Shown here: piece after piece, positions 8,639-18,037 of the stretch
Position numbering within the stretch: position 1 is the stretch's first letter
How the letters are laid out: the number at the start of each line of letters is the position of its first letter
Assembly (NCBI GenBank): GCA_045639905.1
Contig: JAZUDZ010000040.1
Span: 16,080-80,079 of the forward strand
Direction: 5' to 3'
DNA: 64,000 nucleotides
From: Acutalibacteraceae bacterium
GTDB taxonomy: Bacteria > Bacillota > Clostridia > Oscillospirales > Acutalibacteraceae
Program-made: the position numbers and the translations under genes
Notes under the pieces: generated by a model
Told to the model about the DNA's origin: nothing
The model's input: the letters and a program-made list of their open reading frames with translations, nothing else
Databases searched by the model: none

Positions 8639-10423
8639 ATGGCTGAAACCTTACAAGGGATGCATCGCACCCATTATTGCGGTGTTTTGAGAGAAGAACA
8701 TATCGGACAAGAGGTCACTTTGTGTGGCTGGGTACAGCGTCAGAGAGATATCGGACAGCTGATTTTCGTGGATTTACGTGACCGTACCGGTATTGCCCAG
8801 CTGGCGTTTGACGATGCTACGGACCGGGATGTGTTCCAGAAGGCTTTTACCGTTCGCGGTGAATATGTATTGGCCGCCCGCGGTGTGGTTCGGGAACGTT
8901 CTTCCAAGAACCCGGATATTCCGACAGGTAACGTAGAAGTTTTTGTTACGGAACTTCGTGTGCTGAATAAAGCGGAAACCCCGCCTTTTGAGATTGTTGA
9001 GAACAGCAATGCTTCCGAACTTCTTCGTCTGCAATATCGATATTTGGACCTTCGTCGTCCGGATTTGCAGAAAAACCTGCTGTTCCGTCATCGTGTTGCC
9101 AAAGTGGCTCGCGACTTCTTTGACGAAAACGGGTTTGTGGAAATCGAAACGCCGATGCTGATTAAATCCACTCCGGAAGGCGCCCGTGACTTCCTGGTGC
9201 CGTCCCGTGTTCATAATGGCAGCTTCTATGCTTTGCCGCAGTCTCCGCAGCTCTACAAACAGCTGTGTATGGTAGCCGGTTTTGACCGGTATGTCCAGCT
9301 GGCCCGTTGCTTCCGCGACGAAGACCAGCGCGCAGACCGTCAGCCGGAATTCACCCAGATTGACCTTGAGATGTCTTTTGTAGATGTGGAAGATGTCCTG
9401 GAAATGGGTGAGAAATTCATGAGTACCCTGTTTGAAAAAACCTTGGGCGAAAAGATTTCGTTGCCGCTTCCGCGTCTCACATATACCGAAGCCATGGCCC
9501 GCTATGGCTCGGATAAGCCGGATACCCGTTTCGGTATGGAACTGATGGACGTCAGCGAAACCGTGAAGGGTTGCGGATTTGGCGTGTTCACTTCCGCTAT
9601 TGAAGAAGGCGGCAGTGTCGGTTGCATTTTGGCAAAGGATGCCGTATCGGTTCTTTCCCGTAAGGAAATTGACAAATTGACCGAGATGGTCCGCGGTATC
9701 GGAGCAAAAGGCATGGCCTGGATTCGTATGACTCCGGACGGGATTGCTTCCTCCTTCGGAAAGTTCTTAACCGAGGACGAAATGAATACATTGCTGGCTG
9801 TTGTTGGCGCTGAGCAAGGAGACGTGGTTCTCTTTATCGCCGACCGTATTAAGAAACATGTTCAGACGGTTTTGGGCGCTCTCCGTTTGGAAGTTGCCGA
9901 AAAACTGAACATCCCGCGTGAGGGATATAACCTGTTGTGGATTACCGAGTTCCCGTTCTTTGAGTGGAACGAGGAAACGGAAAACTGGGATGCGATGCAT
10001 CACCCGTTTACTTCTCCGATGGACGAGTGTATCCCGTATCTGGATACCCATCCGGAAAAAGTATTTGCCAAAGCCTATGATTTGGTTTTGAACGGCGAAG
10101 AATTATGCAGTGGTTCCATTCGTATTACCGATCCGGAACTGCAAAGCCATATGTTCCACGCTTTAGGTCTTACCGATGAAGAAGCTATGGAAAAATTCGG
10201 ATTCCTTTTGAATGCATTCCGCTTCGGAGCTCCGCCGCATGGTGGTATGGGAATCGGTTTGGATCGTTTGACCATGCAGCTTTTGAAAGCCTCTTCGCTT
10301 CGCGATGTAGTGGCTTTCCCGAAACTGCAGAATATGTCCGAACCTATGACTTCTTGCCCATCTCCGGTAGATGCTTTACAGTTGGACGAACTTGGAATCG
10401 AAATTTCAAAAACAGAAGACTAA
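8639..10423 (+). CDS. aspS: Aspartate--tRNA ligase
   Basis: N-terminal OB domain, QSPQLYKQL, FRDEDQRADRQPEFTQID and GGMGIGLDRL motifs, 594 aa. Confidence 0.95.
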   Translation: MAETLQGMHRTHYCGVLREEHIGQEVTLCGWVQRQRDIGQLIFVDLRDRTGIAQLAFDDATDRDVFQKAFTVRGEYVLAARGVVRERSSKNPDIPTGNVEVFVTELRVLNKAETPPFEIVENSNASELLRLQYRYLDLRRPDLQKNLLFRHRVAKVARDFFDENGFVEIETPMLIKSTPEGARDFLVPSRVHNGSFYALPQSPQLYKQLCMVAGFDRYVQLARCFRDEDQRADRQPEFTQIDLEMSFVDVEDVLEMGEKFMSTLFEKTLGEKISLPLPRLTYTEAMARYGSDKPDTRFGMELMDVSETVKGCGFGVFTSAIEEGGSVGCILAKDAVSVLSRKEIDKLTEMVRGIGAKGMAWIRMTPDGIASSFGKFLTEDEMNTLLAVVGAEQGDVVLFIADRIKKHVQTVLGALRLEVAEKLNIPREGYNLLWITEFPFFEWNEETENWDAMHHPFTSPMDECIPYLDTHPEKVFAKAYDLVLNGEELCSGSIRITDPELQSHMFHALGLTDEEAMEKFGFLLNAFRFGAPPHGGMGIGLDRLTMQLLKASSLRDVVAFPKLQNMSEPMTSCPSPVDALQLDELGIEISKTED

Positions 10424-10436
10424 TTTTGCATGACAT

Positions 10437-10471
10437 GAAAAGAAGCCGAAAGATTTTTTCGGCTTCTTTTT
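10437..10471. terminator. Bidirectional intrinsic terminator after aspS
   Basis: GAAAAGAAGCCGAAA-gat-TTTTCGGCTTCTTTTT. Confidence 0.7.
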
Positions 10472-11112
10472 CAAGTTTTTTCGATTAAGTCCTCCATCGA
10501 GCATCCCAGCACCTTTGCAATACGGTACAAAGTGTCGGCGTTAGCTTTATTGATATCTTTGTTCCGTTGCTCGTACATCTGGATGGATCTGAGGCTGACA
10601 CCCGACTTTTTGGCAAGCTCCGCCTGTGTACACCCGTATGCCATGCGGATTCGTTTCAAGTTTGTTTCGGGATATAATTCTTTCATACGTTCATCCGCTA
10701 TATCGGCAAATTTTGAAATATCTGCCTCGTGGAGCGTATAATACATCTTTTGCAATTCATCAAAGGTAAATGCTTTGAATATGGCGCTATATTTTCTGCC
10801 TGACCACCACTGATAATAGGCGATAGCCCAACCAATCCAATACTCAGTTGAACGGTCAAGCCGGTCTGTCGGCACTTCCGTGAGTTCTTTTCCGGTAGTC
10901 TCTAAAACGACATCTGATGCAATTTCTATTCCGCTTTTCCCCGCAAGATACGTTGGTTCACCGTTCTCCATTTTCTTGCTGACTGAGCTTACGACAAACT
11001 GCTTGATGAAGTTTTCTCCGGATATATTGCAAGTATTGACCGCATAATCAAATGCTTCGCCAAGTACCGCCTGTGCCTTACTCAGATATATTTCTTGGTA
11101 TGCGTGGATCAT
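10471..11112 (-). CDS. Uncharacterised N-terminal domain (DUF3791-like) fused to a C-terminal XRE-family helix-turn-helix
   Basis: C-terminal HTH LKRIRMAYGCTQAELAKKSGVSLRSIQMYEQRNKD. The N-terminal ~140 aa have no catalytic motif I recognise (YYTLHEADISKF segment). The start overlaps the upstream gene by 35 nt. Confidence 0.6.
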   Translation of the reverse strand: MIHAYQEIYLSKAQAVLGEAFDYAVNTCNISGENFIKQFVVSSVSKKMENGEPTYLAGKSGIEIASDVVLETTGKELTEVPTDRLDRSTEYWIGWAIAYYQWWSGRKYSAIFKAFTFDELQKMYYTLHEADISKFADIADERMKELYPETNLKRIRMAYGCTQAELAKKSGVSLRSIQMYEQRNKDINKANADTLYRIAKVLGCSMEDLIEKT

Positions 11113-11770
11113 CGTTTTTGATACCGCCTCTCATAATATCCCGGATATATAATCCGTCGTCTTCCTCTTCGAGCATTTTCAAATACATACGATTTGCCTC
11201 ATCGTCGCGCGATTTGCGAAGAACGTAATATGTATCCTTCTCTGCTACATCAAAGCCTTCGAATTTCAATTTTGAAAATGCGAATTTTGACTTGATAACG
11301 ATTTGTTCTCCGAGCTTTCCAAGGCGCATGGCATGCGATAATTGCTCTACTGAAATACCGTTGTTTAGGAAGGATTCTGCATACTCAAAATACGAATCGT
11401 CTGCACGGTATCCGGTTATCAGATCAAATGCATTTACATTGACTCCGAAGTTGTCGGGCAAATACCGTTTTGCCCTTCTTGCGACCGGTGTTTTTATTGA
11501 AAACAATCTGTGTTCGACCAAAACTGCGATCCAGTTGAGTATGGTGTAATCCGGTCCGTTTAGATTCAATACACTAAGGTGTTCCGTATCCAAAGTATAT
11601 CGGTTTGAAAATCCGTCCCTTAGAGAGGATACAGCCCATTCTTTCGCCAAGGCATCATTTTCGGTGCAGTAAAAGCCAAGCCCGAAATCGTTATTCTTTT
11701 TTCCTTTTCCGAACTCGGGTACTTCAACAATTTCCTTCGAGCCATGATATATTGTAATCAGCTTGTCCAT
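11078..11770 (-). CDS. DUF3990-like protein (possible ADP-ribosyltransferase-fold enzyme)
   Basis: ATG 11770 is preceded by GGAGG. The N-terminus ITIYHGSKEIVEVPEFGKGKKNNDFGLGFYCTENDALAKEWA matches my memory of the DUF3990 signature. Confidence 0.6.
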   Translation of the reverse strand: MDKLITIYHGSKEIVEVPEFGKGKKNNDFGLGFYCTENDALAKEWAVSSLRDGFSNRYTLDTEHLSVLNLNGPDYTILNWIAVLVEHRLFSIKTPVARRAKRYLPDNFGVNVNAFDLITGYRADDSYFEYAESFLNNGISVEQLSHAMRLGKLGEQIVIKSKFAFSKLKFEGFDVAEKDTYYVLRKSRDDEANRMYLKMLEEEDDGLYIRDIMRGGIKNDDPRIPRNISE

Positions 11771-11866
11771 AGTATTATCCTCCGTTTCATCCACCGCTAT
11801 TGTATCACTAAAGTGATAGTGCGTCAAGAGGCTTGGGATATTCTGTATTACCAGAGAGATTAATTT

Positions 11867-11896
11867 AAGGCATCCTCAAAACGAGGATGCCTTTTG
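11867..11896 (-). terminator. Hairpin terminator downstream of the amidase gene
   Basis: AAGGCATCCTC-aaaac-GAGGATGCCTTTT, symmetric, between two minus-strand genes. Confidence 0.55.
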
Positions 11897-11931
11897 AAAT
11901 TTCATGCGCAGATGCTTTGAAAATATAGTGT

Positions 11932-14900
11932 TTAACCGAGTTTTTTCTGGTATGTGACGGCACCCTGTGCGATGGCGCTGCAAAGCTTGGACTGGAATCC
12001 GTCATCAATCAAAAGTTCCAGATCGTCTATGTTTGTCATAAAGCCGCATTCTATCAAAATGCAGGGGCACACGGTATTGCGAATAACCTGGAACGGATCC
12101 CAAATGGCACCTCGGTTTTGTGTGGTTTTCTCGGCTGTATAGGTTTTGTACATGTTATCCGCCACGGCCTTGGCAAACGGGTAGGAATACTCGTTGTAAT
12201 AATGGACGGAAGGTCCGTTGGCCGATGCTGCGGAAACGCCGTTCATATGAATGGAAATAAATAGGTCCGGTTCGGCTTTGCGTGTAATCTTAGTGACATC
12301 GTGCAGCTCAACCTTTGTGTCCGTGCTACGGGTCATTACAACGGTGGCACCTAAATCTTCCAGCTTTTTCTTCAAAGTTTTGCTGTACGATAAGGTTAAG
12401 GTTTTTTCGTATAGCCCTTCAATGGCGCCGTAAGTTCCGGACCATTCACCGCCATGTCCGGGATCAACGACAATGGTTGTTCCTTGTAACGGCTTGGAGG
12501 AGGAAGTAACACGGGTGGGATGCTTGAACCGAATGACCAGATTCCCGTTTTCCCAGTCGGCGACATATCCGTTAAAGGTGCCGTTTTGCTTGAGTTTTAC
12601 GCGAAGTTTGCAGCTGTCGCCGCTTGTATTGACCCAGGAAGCAGAAGAAATGACGGGGCTGCCGGAAACCTGGAACGTACCGGAGGCGGACGTGGTGTAA
12701 TGGAAGGTTATATCAATATAGGTGGCACTGAAGGACGTGACGTCATACATCGGTCCGAAGGTGCCCATTTTGTTTATATACGGATAACTCTGTGGGAGGA
12801 ATTGCAGGTCATACGGGACATTCCATCCGGTTGACAGAGTCAGCGTGGTATAGTCAGAAGAAACACTGGCGGATTTTGCTTTCATGCTGTTGGCGGTCAA
12901 AGACCCTTCTGTCTGATAGACGGAGGCGTCCCCTTTGTAAACACGTCTGCCGGAGCCCAGCAAATAATAGCTGTTACCGGAGGCGGAATCGTATACCGTT
13001 TTCACCAGCACGTCCAAAGTGCCGTACGGCAGATAGGCGTTGGTCGGGCGGGAATAGTCCTCGACGGCAGTTCCGCTGAACACCTCCGCGTAGTCGGTGG
13101 AGATCTTCATAATCTTTCCCTTGGCCAAAACCTTTCCGGACGGAATGGGGGCATTGGTCGGCTCGGCCGTTGGCTTTGCGGTGGTCTTCTTAGTGGTTTT
13201 TGCCGGTGCTTTTGTGGTGCTTACGGTCGGACCCGTAACATATTGAGCACTGACATAGGCAGTCTTTCCGCTCAGTTTTTCTCCGTCCACCGTAGCCGTC
13301 CACTCGTATTCAATTTCCAAAAAATCTCCCTTTTGTCCGATGACGGTGACAGCGGTGCCTTCATAGAGAAGGCCGACACGGTCGTGGTTGGTGTCCGGCG
13401 TTCGGCGCACGTTGAGTGCATCGGTGGTTTTCGCCGTATACGGATATTTGGAAGTTGTTTTGGTTGTCTTTTGGGCAGAGGTTTTCGAAGCGGTTTTTGT
13501 GGTTTTTGCAGCCGGCTTGGCGGTTGTCTTTTTCGTTGTTTTGACCGTTTCGGTGACTCTCTCGACCGGTGTTGTGTTTTCTTCCGGTTCTTCCTCGGCC
13601 TCGATGTATATGGATCCGCCGGACAGGGTAGAACGGGAACCGGCATAGGAAGCCGATACGGTAATGGCACCGAGATTCTGAACGGAAGATTTACCTGCCG
13701 GGAGCGTAAAGGTACCGGAGAAGTTGATATAATCGGTATCCGTATCATTCCGGTCCGTATCTTCTTTGATCGGTGCCGGTTTCATACTGACGGATTTTCC
13801 GCCGACCGTAGCGGTTACGGTTGCGTTTTTATATGCAATCGCCGAAACGGCGATTTCCGCTTCTCCCGGGAGCGTGATGCTCTTGGAGGGGGACACGCTG
13901 CGAAGCAGGTCAAAAGAATAGGTAATGGTGTATGTGACGGTTTTTCCTTTATGACTGAACGTGAAGGTGTTTTTTCCGGCCTTCAGCGATACATCCTGGG
14001 AAAACAAACCATGTTCCGATTGCTTGACGGGCTTTTCATTCATAAGAAGGGGGAAGTGCGGGTCGGATGTTCCCTGGAACGTAAAGGTGGATTCATCGGT
14101 CGTCAGAGACGTTTTTTCCGGTGAGTTGATGGTAAGTTTGTTGGCCAGATCCGTCAGGTCAACACTTCCCTTCATGGCATCCATCAACACTTTTGTGCTG
14201 CCGCCTCGGTCGCGTTTTAAATCGCCCAGTGAGTAGATGGCGCCTCCGCAAAAACCGGTTGTTTCTTTGGCACAATTCCACTGAAGAGCCAGTTCATCCG
14301 GAGAGGTCCATCCTTCCTCGCCCATGTGACAGGCGTAGACAATTGTATAAAACGGCCTGCCGGTTTTTTCACACAAAGCGCCCCACCAGGAAACGGCGGT
14401 GCGGAAGGAAACGGATTCATCATCCAGCGTGGTGTCGGCTTTTAAAGCAATGGAATCAATCAGACCGGATTCGGCCCAACCTTTCACGTCGGCCATACCG
14501 TCGGAATACAAACTGTATGCGGAAACGGCCTCCATGCCTTCCGGCTGGTCGGAGTCCATCGCCCAAACCGGGGACACCAGCACACCGACGGGCATGTTCG
14601 GATTTTGCGTCCACAGAGCATTGGTCCACGAAGATATACATTCGCTCATTTTCGTACGAAGAGTATCTTCGTCGGAGCCGGCCGCCGTAAAGTGGGGCAC
14701 CGCAATTTTCATGGCATCGTTACGACCGGCAAAAGCATAACCGTCCAGATAGATGCCGGAAAATGCATAACCGGACAAAGTGAGCAAATCAGAGGTAATG
14801 GCTTCTTCGGTTTTTTCACTGAACGGGTCCGTTCCCAAATCGGTTACACCGATGTCCAGGACTGCGAAAACGTTCAGGTTTTCTTTCTTGCACTCACCGA

Positions 14901-15438
14901 GCAAAACGGCAATCGGGTCGGCACCGCCGCTGATTCGATCAAAGGACTCGAAAAGTTTAGATGTATACAAGGCTTTTCCGTTTACCTGGACCGGGAGAAT
15001 GACGGTGTTGAAATCATAATCCGAAACGACTGCCTTTACGATGGCTTTCGCTTCCGAACACATGGTTTCTTCCGTGTTTTCCGTATGTTTCAGATAATCT
15101 TTCGTGGGTAAAACAAAGGCACCCTTCATACGTTCCGGCAAAACGCTCTTCGGATCCGGACGGTGCAGTTCCGTATTCAGAGACGTTTCCGTACTGGCTT
15201 CGGAAGAGTCGGATTGCTCCGACAGAGGAAGCCCGGAATGGTTATGACTGATTGTTTGGAACACGGCAAGACCGATGCCGGCCAAAAAAATCAACCCGAC
15301 CAGGACCAGTATGGCAATCATAGGCCATTTCTTTTGCGGCTTGGATCCGGTCAAAACAACGGCATCATCCTGCTCCATGACGGTAGCTCTCGCCGGCTCG
15401 GATTCGGTATGCACTTGTCCTTTTGCATGCTTTCCCAT
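11932..15438 (-). CDS. Membrane-anchored multidomain cell-wall hydrolase: glycoside-hydrolase-like (GHL10/YngK-like) region, Ig-like repeats, SH3b domain, C-terminal N-acetylmuramoyl-L-alanine amidase (Amidase_3)
   Basis: 1168 aa. TM helix near residue 40-60. SH3b-like segment YTAKTTDALNVRRTPDTNHDRVGLLYEGTAVTVIG. C-terminal VVDPGHGG...LFISIHMNG...IECGFMTN amidase motifs. Lys/Thr-rich linkers. Confidence 0.8.
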   Translation of the reverse strand: MGKHAKGQVHTESEPARATVMEQDDAVVLTGSKPQKKWPMIAILVLVGLIFLAGIGLAVFQTISHNHSGLPLSEQSDSSEASTETSLNTELHRPDPKSVLPERMKGAFVLPTKDYLKHTENTEETMCSEAKAIVKAVVSDYDFNTVILPVQVNGKALYTSKLFESFDRISGGADPIAVLLGECKKENLNVFAVLDIGVTDLGTDPFSEKTEEAITSDLLTLSGYAFSGIYLDGYAFAGRNDAMKIAVPHFTAAGSDEDTLRTKMSECISSWTNALWTQNPNMPVGVLVSPVWAMDSDQPEGMEAVSAYSLYSDGMADVKGWAESGLIDSIALKADTTLDDESVSFRTAVSWWGALCEKTGRPFYTIVYACHMGEEGWTSPDELALQWNCAKETTGFCGGAIYSLGDLKRDRGGSTKVLMDAMKGSVDLTDLANKLTINSPEKTSLTTDESTFTFQGTSDPHFPLLMNEKPVKQSEHGLFSQDVSLKAGKNTFTFSHKGKTVTYTITYSFDLLRSVSPSKSITLPGEAEIAVSAIAYKNATVTATVGGKSVSMKPAPIKEDTDRNDTDTDYINFSGTFTLPAGKSSVQNLGAITVSASYAGSRSTLSGGSIYIEAEEEPEENTTPVERVTETVKTTKKTTAKPAAKTTKTASKTSAQKTTKTTSKYPYTAKTTDALNVRRTPDTNHDRVGLLYEGTAVTVIGQKGDFLEIEYEWTATVDGEKLSGKTAYVSAQYVTGPTVSTTKAPAKTTKKTTAKPTAEPTNAPIPSGKVLAKGKIMKISTDYAEVFSGTAVEDYSRPTNAYLPYGTLDVLVKTVYDSASGNSYYLLGSGRRVYKGDASVYQTEGSLTANSMKAKSASVSSDYTTLTLSTGWNVPYDLQFLPQSYPYINKMGTFGPMYDVTSFSATYIDITFHYTTSASGTFQVSGSPVISSASWVNTSGDSCKLRVKLKQNGTFNGYVADWENGNLVIRFKHPTRVTSSSKPLQGTTIVVDPGHGGEWSGTYGAIEGLYEKTLTLSYSKTLKKKLEDLGATVVMTRSTDTKVELHDVTKITRKAEPDLFISIHMNGVSAASANGPSVHYYNEYSYPFAKAVADNMYKTYTAEKTTQNRGAIWDPFQVIRNTVCPCILIECGFMTNIDDLELLIDDGFQSKLCSAIAQGAVTYQKKLG

Positions 15439-15458
15439 AACGGCCTCCTAAAAAAGGG

Positions 15459-15491
15459 TACAATTCTCATTATATATACAATTCTATTGTA
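15459..15491. repeat. Direct repeat TACAATTCT x2 (18-bp register), the second copy forming palindrome TACAAT-TCT-ATTGTA
   Basis: Read directly in the 5' region of the amidase gene, 20-55 nt upstream of its start codon. Confidence 0.5.
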
Positions 15492-15618
15492 CACTTGTCG
15501 CAAAGTTCGTGCAAGAGAAAATATGAAAAGAGCACAGGGGTAGATTATGGTTAGTTATTTTTTCTTTTCATTGCAGTCCCGATATGATATACTGACCATA
15601 GTTTGCGAGGTGAAATGT

Positions 15619-16083
15619 ATGCGGGCTTTGATTGTATCGGATGTCCACGGAGACTCCGGCGCGCTGGAGCGCGTTCTCGAAAAGGAATACTGTCAGGATA
15701 TTTTTTGCCTCGGAGACGGAATCCGTCAATATGAGGATGCCAGAGAGTTTCACCCGGACGTGCATTTCCATATTGTCAAGGGAAACTGTGACTGGGATAA
15801 TTTCTACCCGGCCGTCAATTTGGAAGAATGGGGCGGAAAACGAGTGGAATATATGCACGGACACTTGCAGGACGTAAAGAGAACGTTAACGGTTGCCGTT
15901 TCCATGGGCCTTCGGGATCGGGCGGATATTCTGCTGTTCGGCCACACCCACGAACCGTATTTGAATCAGGAAAAAGAGATGCTGGTTTGTAATCCGGGAA
16001 GTCTGGCACGGGGAGATTATGCCGTCATGATGCAGGAAGGTGCGGATTGCCAAATTACGCTGAAAAGCCTATTTGACAAATGA
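15619..16083 (+). CDS. YfcE/MJ0936-family metallophosphoesterase
   Basis: MRALIVSDVHGD, CLGDG, GNCD and FGHTH motifs. RBS GAGGTGA upstream of ATG 15619. Confidence 0.85.
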   Translation: MRALIVSDVHGDSGALERVLEKEYCQDIFCLGDGIRQYEDAREFHPDVHFHIVKGNCDWDNFYPAVNLEEWGGKRVEYMHGHLQDVKRTLTVAVSMGLRDRADILLFGHTHEPYLNQEKEMLVCNPGSLARGDYAVMMQEGADCQITLKSLFDK

Positions 16084-16096
16084 GGGGGAAATATGT

Positions 16097-16846
16097 ATGG
16101 AATTTGATAAGTGGATGAATTGGGTTCAGGAAACCGATTCAACAAATGAGTGGCTGAAAAGCCGCGTGGATAAAATGGACGGAGGCACCTGGTGTGCAAC
16201 GACCAACCAGACTGCCGGAAAAGGCCGGCTCGGTCGCGAATGGCTTTGTGCCCGGGGCGAGTGTCTTTGCCTGTCGGTCCTGGAAAAATGCGAGGCGCAT
16301 CCGGCGGCGACGCTTCTGATGGGTCTGGTCGTGACCGAAGTTCTGAAAAAAATGACAGGGAAAGAGTTTACGCTTAAATGGCCCAACGATGTGTTGGTTC
16401 TGGACAAAAAGGTCAGCGGCATTTTATGTGAGGGCGGCGTCTGTGAGACCGGCCCGTATATGATTTTGGGTGTCGGTGTGAATCTTTTACAAACCGGTGC
16501 AACGCTCAGCGAAACCAAGCTGCCGTTTGCCACATCCGTTCGTCGCAGCTTGGGAATTTCCCTGTACCCCGATGCGGTGGCAAAGGAAATCAAAAACCAG
16601 TGGGAAATCAATTATGACGTCTTCCGTACGGAAGGCTTTGCTCCGTTTGTGAAGCGGTATAAAGCGGTGTCGGCCAACCTCGGGAAAGAGGTTTGTGTTT
16701 TAAGCCCCGACGGCGAAGAACTGGTCCGCGGCACAGCCTCGGATATTGCTATGGATGGCAGCTTGGTCATCCAAACCGAAGCAGACGAGTATCGTTGCAG
16801 CGGTGGAGAAGTGTCCATTCGGGGAATTTACGGCTACGGTAGCTGA
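16097..16846 (+). CDS. birA: Biotin--[acetyl-CoA-carboxylase] ligase (no N-terminal HTH)
   Basis: ETDSTNEWL and QTAGKGRLGREW (GRGRxGRxW-type) motifs, C-terminal SH3-like tail. Confidence 0.85.
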   Translation: MEFDKWMNWVQETDSTNEWLKSRVDKMDGGTWCATTNQTAGKGRLGREWLCARGECLCLSVLEKCEAHPAATLLMGLVVTEVLKKMTGKEFTLKWPNDVLVLDKKVSGILCEGGVCETGPYMILGVGVNLLQTGATLSETKLPFATSVRRSLGISLYPDAVAKEIKNQWEINYDVFRTEGFAPFVKRYKAVSANLGKEVCVLSPDGEELVRGTASDIAMDGSLVIQTEADEYRCSGGEVSIRGIYGYGS

Positions 16847-16860
16847 AAGGAAGAATTTAT

Positions 16861-17961
16861 ATGAAAAAGGCAGATGGATATAGAACAAAAGGCATCTATA
16901 TTCATGTGCCTTTTTGTGTTTCCAAGTGTCCCTATTGTGATTTTTACTCGATGCCGGCCGACGAAGAGACAAAGGACGCCTATGTGCGCCGGGTGATACA
17001 GGAACTGGAAAAGCAGGACATAACGGCGGATACCGTTTATTTCGGCGGCGGGACACCGTCTCTTTTGGGAGGGAAGCGAATCAGTGAAATTTTGCAGGCC
17101 GTTTCACTCGCAAAAGAAGCAGAAGTTACGCTGGAGGCCAATCCCGGCGATGATCTTCGGGAGGTTTTTTCGTCTTTCGCAAAAGCCGGCGGGAATCGGG
17201 TTTCCATGGGACTGCAGGCGGCGGATGAACCTTCTTTGAAAGCACTCGGAAGGCGGCATACCGTACGGCAGGCGCGGGAGGCCGTGATGGCCGCAAGGCA
17301 GGCGGGAATTACGAATATTTCCCTGGATCTGATGCTGGGAATTCCCTGTCAGACAAAGGAACTCGTAAAGAATGGGGTAGATTTTTGTTCGAGCCTGGAC
17401 GTGCCGCACGTTTCGTTTTATATGCTGAAACTGGAACCGAACACGCCCTTTGGAAAACACCCGCCGCAGGTGCCGGATGATGACGAAACCGCCGAACTGT
17501 ATTTGTATGCTTGCGGGCTTTTGGAAGACCGCGGTTATGAACAATATGAAATTTCCAATTTTGCCAAGCCCGGGATGGAGAGCCGGCACAACCGGAAATA
17601 CTGGAATTGTGACGAAGTGCTGGCCATCGGACCTGGTGCTTCCGGGTATGAAGACAATATTCGATACGCGTATCCGCGTGATCTTGGTGCCTTCCTTGGC
17701 GGAACCCTTGAGAAGCGGGAAGACACCGACGAACTGATTCGGCCGGGAAGCGAAGAGGAGTATGCGATGCTGCAGCTTCGGCAGACGCACGGTCTTGTCG
17801 AGCGGGAGTTTATCCAGCATTTCGGGAAACCGATTCCGGAAGAATGGCGCCGGGCGGCCGGCCGGTTGCCGGATACGCTGGTTTTGTCGGACGACCGGGG
17901 GATCCGGCTGACGAGAGACGGATTTTTGGTGTCCAATCAGATTTTGACGGAAATTCTATGA
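16861..17961 (+). CDS. hemW: Radical SAM heme chaperone HemW (HemN-like, oxygen-independent coproporphyrinogen oxidase family)
   Basis: IYIHVPFCVSKCPYCDF CxxxCxxC motif, GGGTPS, ~366 aa. Confidence 0.85.
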   Translation: MKKADGYRTKGIYIHVPFCVSKCPYCDFYSMPADEETKDAYVRRVIQELEKQDITADTVYFGGGTPSLLGGKRISEILQAVSLAKEAEVTLEANPGDDLREVFSSFAKAGGNRVSMGLQAADEPSLKALGRRHTVRQAREAVMAARQAGITNISLDLMLGIPCQTKELVKNGVDFCSSLDVPHVSFYMLKLEPNTPFGKHPPQVPDDDETAELYLYACGLLEDRGYEQYEISNFAKPGMESRHNRKYWNCDEVLAIGPGASGYEDNIRYAYPRDLGAFLGGTLEKREDTDELIRPGSEEEYAMLQLRQTHGLVEREFIQHFGKPIPEEWRRAAGRLPDTLVLSDDRGIRLTRDGFLVSNQILTEIL

Positions 17962-18012
17962 TGGATTCTGGGAGGGGTTGTCAAGCCCCTCCTTTTATGT
18001 TATTATATTATA

Positions 18013-18037
18013 AATATTGCGCGTACGCGCGAATATT
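18013..18037. repeat. GC-core palindrome AATATT-GCGCGTACGCGC-G-AATATT embedded in an AT-rich spacer
   Basis: Perfect 12-bp palindrome flanked by self-complementary AATATT, between hemW and yfhO. Confidence 0.6.

Noticed and set aside
13380-13560. Repetitive DNA encoding K/T/A-rich stretches (AAAACCACC-type periodicity) that might be a tandem repeat element.
   Set aside because: It is in-frame, low-complexity linker coding sequence inside the amidase gene. The copies are imperfect, so it is not an independent repeat or mobile element.
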